From Gemmatimonadales bacterium (GTDB lineage: Bacteria > Gemmatimonadota > Gemmatimonadetes > Gemmatimonadales > GWC2-71-9), in contig JBFGJG010000003.1 of NCBI GenBank assembly GCA_041577295.1, positions 96,001 to 160,000 of the forward strand: 64,000 nucleotides of DNA. Direction: 5' to 3'. A program made the position numbers and the translations under genes. Position 1 is the stretch's first letter; the number at the start of each line of letters is the position of its first letter. A model generated the notes under the pieces. It was not told the DNA's origin and did no database searches. It saw only the letters and a list, made by a program, of their open reading frames with translations. Shown one piece after another: positions 9,696-19,553 of the stretch.

Positions 9696-11408
9696 ATGCG
9701 GGACTGGCAGCTCATCGAACGACAGGCAAGAGGCGCAGCGGCGGCTGAAGCCCTTCCCCCCAAGGATCCGGGCCGACGGCGCAGCGATCGGCTCCTGCTC
9801 GGTCAGACACGGATTCTGGAGTCGGTGGCTTTGGGTAGGCCGCTTGAGGAAATCCTGGCCGGCATCTGCTTGCTCATCGAGGAACACACCCCGCGAGTCC
9901 TTTGCTCAATTCTCCTCTTGGACGACGACGGAAGGCGTCTGCACCACGGCGCTGGACCCAGCTTGCCGCCGGCCTACTGCCAGGCGATTGACGGCATCGA
10001 GATCGGACCGACCGTAGGATCGTGTGGTACGGCGGCCTTTCGTCGGACCCAGGTGATCGTCTCGGACGTGGCGACCGATCCACTCTGGAAGGACTATCGA
10101 GACCTCGCACTTGCGCACCGCCTGCGCGCCTGTTGGTCCACACCGATCATCGCGCGAAGCAGCCAGGTCCTGGGAACGTTCGCAGTGTACTACCGGGAAC
10201 CGCGGAGTCCCCAGCCGGAGGATCTCCAACTCGTCGCCGACGCAACGCACCTCGTTGGCGTCGCAGTGGAACGTGAGCTGATGGACCAAGCACTTCGACG
10301 AAGCGAGCAGCGCTACCGCACGGTCGTTGAGACCGCGGGCAACGCGATCGTATGCCTCGACTCCGAAGGACGCATCATAGAGTGGAACACAGCCGCGGAG
10401 CGACTTTTCGGCTACGCACGCACCGAAGTCCTCGGGCAAGACTACGCCGAGCTTTGCCTCCTCAGCGGCATCCGACAGACCATCGTCGCTGAGCTGCAAG
10501 CCATCCTCGCGGGCGGCTTGCCAAAAGTCCTCGAGCACCCAGTGCGTATCCGTGGGGGCAAGATCAGAACGGTATCATGGAATATCAGTGGATTGCACGA
10601 TGCAGAGGGTATACCGTACGGCGTCGTGACCATCGGTCAGGACATGACCGATCGCCAGCGAGCGGAGGAAGCGCAGTATCGAGCGCAGAAGCTCGAGAGC
10701 TTGAGCATCCTCGCCGGTGGTGCGGCCCGAGACTTGGAAGCAGCGGTCGCATCCGTCATCCACAACGTTCGCGTCATCCGGCGCAAGCTCCCCTCCGGTT
10801 CTCCTGAGCGAGACCTGGTCGATCGGATCCGGAGCGCGGCCGAGCAAGCCGCTGACCTCGCGGATCAGATGCTCGCGTATGCTGGCAGAGAGCGCGGTAG
10901 CTTGCATGCGGTGTTTCTGAACCGGCTCATCGAAGAGGCACACGTAACGCTCGAGGAGCAAGTGACCCCTGCAGCCCAACTGGCGTTGCGGTTACCCCCC
11001 GAGGTCTCACCCATTTTCGGCGATCCCGCCCAGCTCAAACAGGTGCTGGCGAATCTGGTAGCCAATGCGTCAGATGCCTTACCGGCCTCCGGCGGGTCGG
11101 TGGTCGTATCAGCGGGGCAGGTTGAAGCGGACAGCGCGTACTTGTTGGATACTTATCCGGGAGGCGAGCTGCCCGCGGGAACCTACGTCTTCGCGCGGGT
11201 CGCCGACGATGGCTGTGGCATGGGCGCTGAGGTGCAGTCGAAAATCTTCGATCCCTTCTTCACGACAAAACCCGACCGTCATGGATTGGGGCTCGCGGTC
11301 GCGCTTGGGATCGTGCGAGCGCACCGAGGAACGATCAAGGTAGAGTCCGCGGTGAATAGTGGAACTACCATGACCGTGCTGTTGCCGCTGCCACCGCATC
11401 ACAACTGA
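9696..11408 (+). CDS. GAF-PAS sensor histidine kinase-like protein (phospho-His replaced by Arg)
   Basis: GAF (GSCGTAAF, RACWSTPI), PAS (WNTAAERLFGY) and HATPase boxes (NLVANASDA, DDGCGM, IFDPFFTTK, GLGL). The H-box reads LAGGAARDLE. RBS GGGAGG precedes ATG 9696. Confidence 0.85.
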   Translation: MRDWQLIERQARGAAAAEALPPKDPGRRRSDRLLLGQTRILESVALGRPLEEILAGICLLIEEHTPRVLCSILLLDDDGRRLHHGAGPSLPPAYCQAIDGIEIGPTVGSCGTAAFRRTQVIVSDVATDPLWKDYRDLALAHRLRACWSTPIIARSSQVLGTFAVYYREPRSPQPEDLQLVADATHLVGVAVERELMDQALRRSEQRYRTVVETAGNAIVCLDSEGRIIEWNTAAERLFGYARTEVLGQDYAELCLLSGIRQTIVAELQAILAGGLPKVLEHPVRIRGGKIRTVSWNISGLHDAEGIPYGVVTIGQDMTDRQRAEEAQYRAQKLESLSILAGGAARDLEAAVASVIHNVRVIRRKLPSGSPERDLVDRIRSAAEQAADLADQMLAYAGRERGSLHAVFLNRLIEEAHVTLEEQVTPAAQLALRLPPEVSPIFGDPAQLKQVLANLVANASDALPASGGSVVVSAGQVEADSAYLLDTYPGGELPAGTYVFARVADDGCGMGAEVQSKIFDPFFTTKPDRHGLGLAVALGIVRAHRGTIKVESAVNSGTTMTVLLPLPPHHN

Positions 11409-11533
11409 GCAGCGCCCAGTTAAGAACCTACCGGGGAGCTGACGAGCGGTCGCGCCACTCGCGACCGCTTTCTCGTTCTTGCTCCGCCAGCCTGGTCCGC
11501 CCAAGTTAGGAGGTCAACTTCGGCGGAAGAATT

Positions 11534-14500
11534 ATGCGCGGTTTGCCCCCTCCACTTGCCATTCTCGCGCCTGTCCTCGTCGGTCTCGCGCTGCTGCTCT
11601 GGAGTTGTCAGAACGACGCTGCGGGTCCTCGGACAATCCCCGGGCATCTCGCCGTTGCACCGGTCTTTAGCAGCAGCAACGCCGGGCTCGTTGACATCGC
11701 TCGCATTCGCGCTCGGCTTTTCCGGCTGGAGCCAAACGAAGTGGTGCTCGACACCGTTGCCGATGTCGCGGGTGATGAAATCAACCTGCAGTTGACAGTG
11801 ATGATGGAAACTCCAACTGAGCGGTTCGCGCTGGTAATGGAGTTGATCACCGCAGCCGGGGACACCGCCTTCCGGGCTGGACCCGATACCATCAGCCCGG
11901 TGACGGGCAACCAGACGCCCGTGCCCGTCTCGGTCGAGATCGATTATGTGGGCATCGGGTTCGATGCCGCCCTCGTGCAGATCGTCACACAGGACACGAG
12001 TCTCTTCCAGGGGCAAGCCCTTACCGTTGTGGCAGAGGCGATCGATTCGATGGGGGAACCGATTCCCGGGACCCCCATCGGCTTTCGCTCGCTGGACGCG
12101 GCCTCTGCTTCCTTCCCCGACGCCGGGGTTGGCGAGGTGGTAGCAGGAGGGCAACGCGGGACCGCTCGGCTCGTCGCCGAGTTGTTGACCGGGCAAGCCG
12201 ACACGGCGCTCCTCGACGTACAACCGCTGCCAAGCGGGCTGCTGATCATTGAGGGCAACGGTCAGACCGGTGCACCGGATACCCCGCTCCCCACCGCGAT
12301 CGTCGTACTGGTCCGCGGATCCGACGGGGTCGGGGTGGAGAATGTGGTCGTGCGGTTCACCACGTCGGGTGGGGGCTCGTTCACGCCGGATTCAACGCTC
12401 AGCGACGCCAACGGGGAAGTGCGCACCACCTGGACGCTCGGTCCACTCGAGGGAACACAGACTGGAACGGCTGCAACCACACAGCCTGCGGCGCTCCAGG
12501 TCAGCTTCACGGCGTTGGCTACCCTCGGTGAGCCCGTAGCGGAAACGCTGCGATGGATCAACGCTTTGGGCGGAAGCTGGAATGTTCCCGCAAACTGGGA
12601 TGGTGGCCGGGTACCTACGGCCCAGGACACCGCCGTGATAGGCATCGATGGCACCTTCACCGTCACGCTGGACCGCGATGTGTCCGTGGCGAGCCTGGAC
12701 GTTGGCGGTGGAGCGGGAACACAAACGCTCGCGGTGAGCAACGCGACGCTGACCGTGCTCGGGGACAGTCGCACGCGGAGCGGTGGAGAGTTGTTGCTCG
12801 TCAACGGGAACGTACAGGGATCCGCAATCTTCACCAACTCCGGCGCTCTCGTCGTGCAGAGCGATCAGACCGGAAGCCTCTTTGGGCCGGCGATCATCAA
12901 CGACGGGCTGATGGACATTCAATTGGGAGCGCTGATCCTTCAGGGTGGTGGGACGCTGACGGGGACGATCTCGATCGGCGAGGCCTTGTTGGATCTCGGT
13001 GCAGGCACGTTCACCGTCGTTGACGGCCTCGCGGTCACCGGACCCGTGAGCGTACAAGGGGCGACGCTCGAAATCCCCAGCGGGACTGTCACGTTCGACT
13101 TCCTCACCATGGTTGGCGGCGCGGTGACTGGTTCCGGAACGCTCGACATCACGTCGACCTTCGTGTGGGACGGCGGCACGATGACGGATCCCGGCGTCAC
13201 GCGGACCGGTGCAGGCTCCATCAATCAGTTCACGCCCGGATTGCTGCTCGATGTCGGTGGCGGCCGCACCCTCGAGCTCGGTGGTATCACCCAGTCCATC
13301 GGTGTCACCATCCGGGGTGGCGATGGTTCGACATTCCGGATTCCTGCTGGGGCCACCTTCAACGTGACGCTCAATACCACATTCAATGCCGACCTCGGCG
13401 GCGCGACACCGACGTTCGATAACCAGGGTGCCATCTTTATCGCCGTTGGTCAGGCGCTGGATATCGACGCGGCTTTGATTCACGGATCCGGTGCACTCGT
13501 TCAAGGCGACGGCACACTCGATCTCGACGACGCGACGTACGGGACCTTGGACGGGGACTTTGCACCGGGCACCACTCCGGGCGTCTTGACAATCATCGGT
13601 GATTTCCGACAGGGCGCGACCTCGACTATCACGCTCGAGCTCGACGGGACCTCGCCCGGTACCGAGCACGACCAGCTCGTCGTGACGGCTGGTCCCAACA
13701 CAACCGGCGCTGCCGTCCTCGACGGCCAGATCGACATCGTCACGAGCTTCACACCGTCCGCCGCCGACACGTTCGATGTCGTGATCTTTTCTAGTCGAGG
13801 CGGGGATCTCGCGGGCATCACCGGTCTGGACCTTGGCAACGGTACGTTTCTCGATACCCTGTTCGCCGCGATGAGCCTCAGGCTCCCAACGCTTGCTCCG
13901 TACCTCGTGGTGACGGGGCAGCCGACCGATGTGCTGCCGTTCCGACCTATTACGCCGAGCATGACGGTCGAAGTACGTGACGGGCGCGACAATCTCTTCA
14001 CCGGCTTCACCAACCCGGTCGACGTCGCCCTGGGTGCCAATCCCGGGGGAGCAACGCTTTCCGGCACACTCTCGGTCGTCCCAACTGGCGGAACTGCCAC
14101 GTTTATCGATCTGAGCATCGACAATCTGGCGTCGGGGTACACGATTGCTACAACCGCAATCGGCGCGGTGGGTGCCGAGAGCGATCCGTTCGACGTGGTC
14201 CCGGGCATCATCTGGGCAGCGGACTCACTGCTCGATGCGGCAGTCTCAGGCATTCTCACGAGCGAACCGGACGGCGCAGATCGCTTTCAGATCACAGCTG
14301 AGGGCACCACAACCGATGCGTCGTTGCGCAGGGTCTTCCCACGATGGGGACCTGGCCGTGAACGAATTACCTACTCGGCCCGTGCAGATGGTACGGTTCC
14401 AAATCAACTGCACGTCGCCGATCTGGCCTTCGAAATCGACCATCTGACGTCGGCCACCGATACAAGCACATTCCAACCCCGATTCAGCCCCGACGGCCGG

Positions 14501-15304
14501 CATCTGGCGTTCGTGTGTGGTCCAACGTTCGGCACACAAGATGTCTGTATCGTTTCCGGGGTCGACGCGCCGGTGGGTACCCTCGAGGGCATCGCTGACG
14601 GGGGCCTCAAGGTATTCATAACCGACGCGGTGAGTGACACGCTTGGCGGGTCGGGGGCGTTTGCGTGGAACCCCACGAATCCAGATCAGCTGGCCGTTGT
14701 CCGCGATTTGGATGATGGCGCTGGGAACATCGCAAGTCAGATCTACTTCGCCACGTTCGACGGCACGGTCACCGACTCGCTGGGGAGGCTCACGGACGGT
14801 CAGGGTAACCCCATCCGCGTGCTGAGCCTCGATTGGGCTCCCGACGGAAGCTACCTGGCCTTTGGCGGCGAGGTACTCGGCGACATGCGCATCTATCAGA
14901 TCAACGCCGACGGCAGCAACCTGCTGGAGCTGACCGCGCCAATCAACAACTTCGACGACGTGCGACCGGTCATCTCGCCGGATGGGACGGAGATCATGTT
15001 CCTTCGAAACAACTTTGCGGTGGAAGCGAGCATGTGGAGCTACTGGCGCGTGACGGCAGGTGCTGCGGGCAGTGAGGTGCAGATCACACCGGAGGTCGAT
15101 TTCTTCGTGTCGTCGGAAGAGCTGGCGTACGACTGGTCACCCGATGGATCCGAGATCGTGTTGGTCGACACGGACGGCACCAACCTCGGGATCTTTGCGG
15201 CTCCGGCCACCACCACGGCGAGCACGTATGTTACCGACCGGCGCTTGGTCTCGAGCGATACCGGCGTCGACCGAGCCGATATCCAGCCGAGCTGGCGTCC
15301 GTGA
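11534..15304 (+). CDS. Large modular surface lipoprotein (Ig-like/Big domains, beta-helix-like region, PD40/TolB propeller)
   Basis: Lipobox LLWSC; Big_1-like segment (GNGQTG...SDANGEVRTTWTLG); Gly/Thr-rich passenger-like repeats; C-terminal PRFSPDG/WAPDG/ISPDG/WSPDG repeats. Confidence 0.8.
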   Translation: MRGLPPPLAILAPVLVGLALLLWSCQNDAAGPRTIPGHLAVAPVFSSSNAGLVDIARIRARLFRLEPNEVVLDTVADVAGDEINLQLTVMMETPTERFALVMELITAAGDTAFRAGPDTISPVTGNQTPVPVSVEIDYVGIGFDAALVQIVTQDTSLFQGQALTVVAEAIDSMGEPIPGTPIGFRSLDAASASFPDAGVGEVVAGGQRGTARLVAELLTGQADTALLDVQPLPSGLLIIEGNGQTGAPDTPLPTAIVVLVRGSDGVGVENVVVRFTTSGGGSFTPDSTLSDANGEVRTTWTLGPLEGTQTGTAATTQPAALQVSFTALATLGEPVAETLRWINALGGSWNVPANWDGGRVPTAQDTAVIGIDGTFTVTLDRDVSVASLDVGGGAGTQTLAVSNATLTVLGDSRTRSGGELLLVNGNVQGSAIFTNSGALVVQSDQTGSLFGPAIINDGLMDIQLGALILQGGGTLTGTISIGEALLDLGAGTFTVVDGLAVTGPVSVQGATLEIPSGTVTFDFLTMVGGAVTGSGTLDITSTFVWDGGTMTDPGVTRTGAGSINQFTPGLLLDVGGGRTLELGGITQSIGVTIRGGDGSTFRIPAGATFNVTLNTTFNADLGGATPTFDNQGAIFIAVGQALDIDAALIHGSGALVQGDGTLDLDDATYGTLDGDFAPGTTPGVLTIIGDFRQGATSTITLELDGTSPGTEHDQLVVTAGPNTTGAAVLDGQIDIVTSFTPSAADTFDVVIFSSRGGDLAGITGLDLGNGTFLDTLFAAMSLRLPTLAPYLVVTGQPTDVLPFRPITPSMTVEVRDGRDNLFTGFTNPVDVALGANPGGATLSGTLSVVPTGGTATFIDLSIDNLASGYTIATTAIGAVGAESDPFDVVPGIIWAADSLLDAAVSGILTSEPDGADRFQITAEGTTTDASLRRVFPRWGPGRERITYSARADGTVPNQLHVADLAFEIDHLTSATDTSTFQPRFSPDGRHLAFVCGPTFGTQDVCIVSGVDAPVGTLEGIADGGLKVFITDAVSDTLGGSGAFAWNPTNPDQLAVVRDLDDGAGNIASQIYFATFDGTVTDSLGRLTDGQGNPIRVLSLDWAPDGSYLAFGGEVLGDMRIYQINADGSNLLELTAPINNFDDVRPVISPDGTEIMFLRNNFAVEASMWSYWRVTAGAAGSEVQITPEVDFFVSSEELAYDWSPDGSEIVLVDTDGTNLGIFAAPATTTASTYVTDRRLVSSDTGVDRADIQPSWRP

Positions 15305-16299
15305 CGCATACGATGACGCGTTCCGCATTCGTCCTCGGCCTCATCGTCTCGTGCGCAGTGGCGGGCTCCGCCCCTGCGCAGGATCACAGTGCACAGGAGG
15401 GCGCACGCGACGGTGACGACGCGTCACCACTACTGCTCCATCAACTGTCGCAAGTTGCCGACATCGGGCGATCGTTGGGCACGACGTGGGACGCCGCACG
15501 GCTGGGGTTTCGGCGCATCGCGCCCCCATCGATGAACGATCTCAACCCCTTGGTCGGCGAGCATTGGATTCACATTCCAAACCTGCGGAGCGGCGCGTTC
15601 GATCTCACGCGCCCCGCCTATGCCATGTACTACCCAGTCCGCGGCATCGAGGAATGGCAACTGGTGGGTGTGGCCTACGCCACCGCCGCCCCGACCGGCA
15701 CACCGGTGCCGGAAGGGTTTGATGGGGCGAACGATCACTGGCACACTCACCTGCCCTGCTCCGGCGTTCCGGAGCTCGAGACGATACTGGCGGCCAGCCA
15801 GGAGGATTGCCGGGAATTCGCCGGTGTGCCTGGATCGTCCCGCATCGCGATGGTGCACGTCTGGCTCAACGTCCCCAACCCAGAGGGACCGTTCGCGGAC
15901 TTCAACATCGCCTTGCCGTACGTTGCCACCGGTCTCCAGCCCCCCACACCGGAGGAGTTGCGCGATACGACCCACGCTGGGGTCGCCCGCCCGCTCGCCC
16001 TCGCGCTCGGGGAAACGCTGGGCGCGGTGCCGCGCCTGGGAGGCATAGTGGACCCAGGGCCGGATTCCGCGTTTGCGCGCCGTGTCGCAGCACCGCGAGC
16101 GCGGATCGCCGCACTCGTGCCACGATTGAAAGCGGCGCAAGAGACCGGCGACCGGGTCGAGTTTGATTTGGTGGCGCTGCGAGCGATCGAAGAGTGGAAC
16201 GTTATCCGCCAGGCGTACCTCGACGCGGCGTCGACGCCCGTCCTGCGTCTCCTCCTCGCCAGGTGGATGGACGAAGCCGTCAACGGCACGAAGGACTGA
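15301..16299 (+). CDS. Secreted hypothetical protein with His/Trp motifs
   Basis: Signal peptide ending APA-Q; motifs GEHWIH, LVGVAY, WHTHLPC, MVHVW and NPEGPFADFN. GTGA overlap with the upstream gene. Confidence 0.7.
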   Translation: MTHTMTRSAFVLGLIVSCAVAGSAPAQDHSAQEGARDGDDASPLLLHQLSQVADIGRSLGTTWDAARLGFRRIAPPSMNDLNPLVGEHWIHIPNLRSGAFDLTRPAYAMYYPVRGIEEWQLVGVAYATAAPTGTPVPEGFDGANDHWHTHLPCSGVPELETILAASQEDCREFAGVPGSSRIAMVHVWLNVPNPEGPFADFNIALPYVATGLQPPTPEELRDTTHAGVARPLALALGETLGAVPRLGGIVDPGPDSAFARRVAAPRARIAALVPRLKAAQETGDRVEFDLVALRAIEEWNVIRQAYLDAASTPVLRLLLARWMDEAVNGTKD

Positions 16300-16310
16300 C
16301 TGAAGAGTCG

Positions 16311-17582
16311 TCACACCACTGTTAGGGCCTGCTCTACGTCGGCGATGATGTCCTCGTAGTACTCAACCCCCACGGACAGCCGTACCATTCCGGCAGTGAT
16401 TCCCATCCGTACCTGTTCGTCCGGCGGGACGTCGGCGTGTGTCATGGTCGCCGGATGCTCGGCCAGGGATTCCGTGCCTCCGAGGCTGACCGCCAGCTTG
16501 ATGAGTTGGAGTGCATTGAGAAATCGGAACGCGGCTGGCTCTCCTCCCTCTACGTCAAACGATATGAGGGATCCCGGTGCAACACATTGCTTCCGGTATA
16601 CGCCGAACATCGGGTCGTCTTCTCCCAACAGACCCAAGTAGTGGACGTCGCGGATCTTTGGGTGATCGTTGAGGAAATCGGCGACGTAGCGCGCGTTCTT
16701 CATCTGTGCCGTCATCCGCATTTTGAGCGTCTCGAGGCTGCGAAGGAGCAACCAGCCAGTCCACGGGCCCGCCATGGTACCCATGAAGGTTCTCAGTGCC
16801 CGCACCGGAGCGAGGATTTCTGGCCGGCCGAGGGAAGCGCCCGCGATCAGGTCACTGTGTCCCCCGATGAATTTCGTCGCGGAGTACAGTACGAGATCGG
16901 CACCGTGCTTCAGGGGGTGCTGCCAGAGGGGACCGAGGAAGGTGTTGTCGACCATGACCACCGGTCTCGTGTCATCGCTCTCCAGACTGTGAATCAGGTC
17001 CGCAACACCGCGGATGTCGACGAGCGCATTCGTCGGATTGGCAGGCGTTTCCAGAAGGGCCACGGCGACCCGCTTGCCGCGGGTTCGTCGACGAAGATCG
17101 TCCTCGATCCGTGCTACCGGCACACCAGCAGGAAAGCTCACTGGGGTCACACCAAAGCCCGGCAGAAATTGCTTCACGAAATGATCGGATCCGCCGTACA
17201 GCGGCTCATTGTGCACGATCACATCACCTGGCCGAACGAATGCCAACAAGCTGGTGGCAATAGCTGCCATGCCACTCTCGAAGACCGCCGCGGCATCAGC
17301 GCCGTCCCAGAGCCGCAGCCGGTCCTCCAGCACTTCGAGGTCGGGGTTGTTGAGACGGCTGTAGATGAGACCGAAGCGTTCTCGTGGTTCCTGCTTGCGC
17401 AACCCATAGGCAATCTCGAAAAAGGCCTTTCCCTCTTCGGCCGTTTCGAATACGAAGGTCGATGTCTGAAAAATTGGACACTTGATCGCGCCCTCTGAGA
17501 GCTTTGGATCATATCCATAGCTCATCATGAGACTCTCAGTGCGTAGCTCCTTGTTTCCGATTCGCGTTTGGGATTTTGACAC
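16311..17582 (-). CDS. Cys/Met metabolism PLP enzyme (methionine gamma-lyase / cystathionine gamma-synthase family)
   Basis: YSRLNNP, SGMAAI, ETPANP, VDNTF, SATKFIGGHSD (PLP Lys) and AVSLGGTESL motifs; RBS GAGGAG. Confidence 0.9.
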   Translation of the reverse strand: MSKSQTRIGNKELRTESLMMSYGYDPKLSEGAIKCPIFQTSTFVFETAEEGKAFFEIAYGLRKQEPRERFGLIYSRLNNPDLEVLEDRLRLWDGADAAAVFESGMAAIATSLLAFVRPGDVIVHNEPLYGGSDHFVKQFLPGFGVTPVSFPAGVPVARIEDDLRRRTRGKRVAVALLETPANPTNALVDIRGVADLIHSLESDDTRPVVMVDNTFLGPLWQHPLKHGADLVLYSATKFIGGHSDLIAGASLGRPEILAPVRALRTFMGTMAGPWTGWLLLRSLETLKMRMTAQMKNARYVADFLNDHPKIRDVHYLGLLGEDDPMFGVYRKQCVAPGSLISFDVEGGEPAAFRFLNALQLIKLAVSLGGTESLAEHPATMTHADVPPDEQVRMGITAGMVRLSVGVEYYEDIIADVEQALTVV

Positions 17583-17774
17583 GTTGTGCTCCTCACGGAT
17601 GGCTCTACAGCGTGTTGCGCTTCACTGACCCGGTCAAGATGCGTTGACCGATGCTAAGGACGATTTCACGATTATCTTTGGAAGTCTCAATGACTGATTG
17701 TGAACGACCAGCTTTGGGCTGGCTACCTTTGAGAGTGCAAAAAGGGAAGCAAGAAGCAAACAGGAGAAAAACCG

Positions 17775-18197
17775 ATGGCCAACGCGATGCTTGCGTGTCA
17801 GTTCTGCGGAAAGGTCAATAAAGTCGATATCAAGCGGCACAGCCAACGCCCCGTCTGTGGGGAGTGTAAGAAACCGTTTCTGCTCGACCGACCGATCAAG
17901 GTGACGGAGGAGCACTTCGAGACCACCGTGCTTCGGGCGGAGGTTCCGGTGATCGTGGATTTTTACGCGGATTGGTGTCGACCGTGCCTGCAAATGGCGC
18001 CGATTCTGGACGAAATCGCGCACGATCACGCTGGCCGCTTGCTGGTCGCCAAGGTCGACACTGACCGCGCGCCGACGCTGAGTCAGCGATACGGTATCCG
18101 CTCAATACCGTTCTTCGGCAGGTTCGAGCAGGGACAGCTCGTGAAGACGGCCGTCGGCGCCGTCGGTCGCGCTGGGCTAACGGACCTCGCCGCGTAA
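17775..18197 (+). CDS. trxC: Thioredoxin 2 (Zn-finger thioredoxin)
   Basis: Two N-terminal CxxC motifs (CQFC, CGEC), VDFYADWCRPC active site and IRSIP. Confidence 0.85.
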   Translation: MANAMLACQFCGKVNKVDIKRHSQRPVCGECKKPFLLDRPIKVTEEHFETTVLRAEVPVIVDFYADWCRPCLQMAPILDEIAHDHAGRLLVAKVDTDRAPTLSQRYGIRSIPFFGRFEQGQLVKTAVGAVGRAGLTDLAA

Positions 18198-18205
18198 TCC
18201 AGGCC

Positions 18206-19498
18206 CTACCCCACTACGCCCCCGCGAATTACGGCTTCCATTGCCTCGGCAAAGCGATCTACTTCATCCAGCGTCGTGAACACGTTGGGGGTGACACGAA
18301 TGCCCGTGCACGCTGGGTGGTTGATCGGCGTCACGATGATGCGCCGCGTCTCCCACAGCTGACGCACCAACTTCGCCGGCTCCACGCCGTCGAGACCAAT
18401 GTTGGCCAGTCCACAGGACATGCGCGGATCGTAGCTCGTGTAAATCCTCACCCCTGGTAGGCCGTCGAGGCGTTTCATCCATCGATCGCGCAGGAATCGT
18501 AGTCGCGCTGCCTTGCGCTCGGGCCCGATGCCCTCGTGAAACGTGAGTGCTTCCGCGATGGCGTTGTGGTTGGCGGCGGGGTGGGTCCCGATCTCCTCGA
18601 ACTTGCGAATGTCGTCGTTCATCTTCTCTGGCGCCGCCATCATGGGCCACAGCGTGGTGATCTTGGCCTTGCGCACGTAGAGAAATCCCGTCCCATGCGG
18701 GGCGAGCAGCCACTTGTGCAGCGACGTGCCATAGTAATCGCAGTCGAGATCATCGAGAGTGAACGGGAAGTGCGCAAAGGCATGGGCGCCGTCGACGATC
18801 GCCTCGATCCCCCGTGCACGGGCAAGCTGACAGATCTCCTTCACCGGGAAGATCTGCCCCGTGAGGTTCGTGATATGGCAGAAGTGAATCACCCTGGTCC
18901 GCGGCGTGATGGCGCGCTCGAAGCGATCGACCAGGTCCTGCATGCTCGGTGGGGGAACGGGAAAGGAGATCTTGCGCAAGACGATTCCCTCACGACGCAC
19001 TCGTTGCTCCCAAGTCGTGAGCATCCGTGGGTAATCCTGATCGGTCGTGAGCACCTCATCCCCCGGCTGCAGGTCCAACCCGAGCTGGCAGATCTCGAGC
19101 GCCTCGCTGGCATTGCGCGTAATCGCCATCTCTTCTGGATCACACCCAAACGCACGGGCCAGCTGCTGGCGTACGCTCTCGATCTGTGGCTCGAGAATCT
19201 CCCACATCGTGTAGACCGGGACCTGGTTGGAGAACTCCAAATAGCGTCGGAGGGCGTCCTGCACCACCTTGGGACTGGGACACACGCCACCGTTGTTGAG
19301 GTTGACGATGCTGCGATCTACCGTGAACGCATCCTGAATCTCACGCCAAAAGTCCTCATCGCTCGCGAGATCGGTCGCGGCACGATCCGCCACCTGAGTA
19401 CTCGCTGAGAGAATGCGCACGAGCCCGTCGTCGCGGAGTGCGGGAAGTGCAACGGCGGAACCAAAGATCGAGTGAAGAAACGCGCGACGGGCAATCAT
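18206..19498 (-). CDS. Class V aminotransferase (isopenicillin N epimerase / cysteine desulfurase-like) with Tat-like signal
   Basis: LNNGG, RNASEAL, DGAH and SLHKWLLAPHGTG motifs; N-terminal ARRAFL. Confidence 0.85.
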   Translation of the reverse strand: MIARRAFLHSIFGSAVALPALRDDGLVRILSASTQVADRAATDLASDEDFWREIQDAFTVDRSIVNLNNGGVCPSPKVVQDALRRYLEFSNQVPVYTMWEILEPQIESVRQQLARAFGCDPEEMAITRNASEALEICQLGLDLQPGDEVLTTDQDYPRMLTTWEQRVRREGIVLRKISFPVPPPSMQDLVDRFERAITPRTRVIHFCHITNLTGQIFPVKEICQLARARGIEAIVDGAHAFAHFPFTLDDLDCDYYGTSLHKWLLAPHGTGFLYVRKAKITTLWPMMAAPEKMNDDIRKFEEIGTHPAANHNAIAEALTFHEGIGPERKAARLRFLRDRWMKRLDGLPGVRIYTSYDPRMSCGLANIGLDGVEPAKLVRQLWETRRIIVTPINHPACTGIRVTPNVFTTLDEVDRFAEAMEAVIRGGVVG

Positions 19499-19553
19499 GG
19501 ACACGACTCCTGGTAGGGCAATGAATCGACGTTGCTAATCGGAGCGACGAAAG

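Noticed and set aside
17583..17774. SAM riboswitch upstream of the Met gamma-lyase-like gene
   Set aside because: No SAM-I or SAM-II core motifs are seen on the minus strand.
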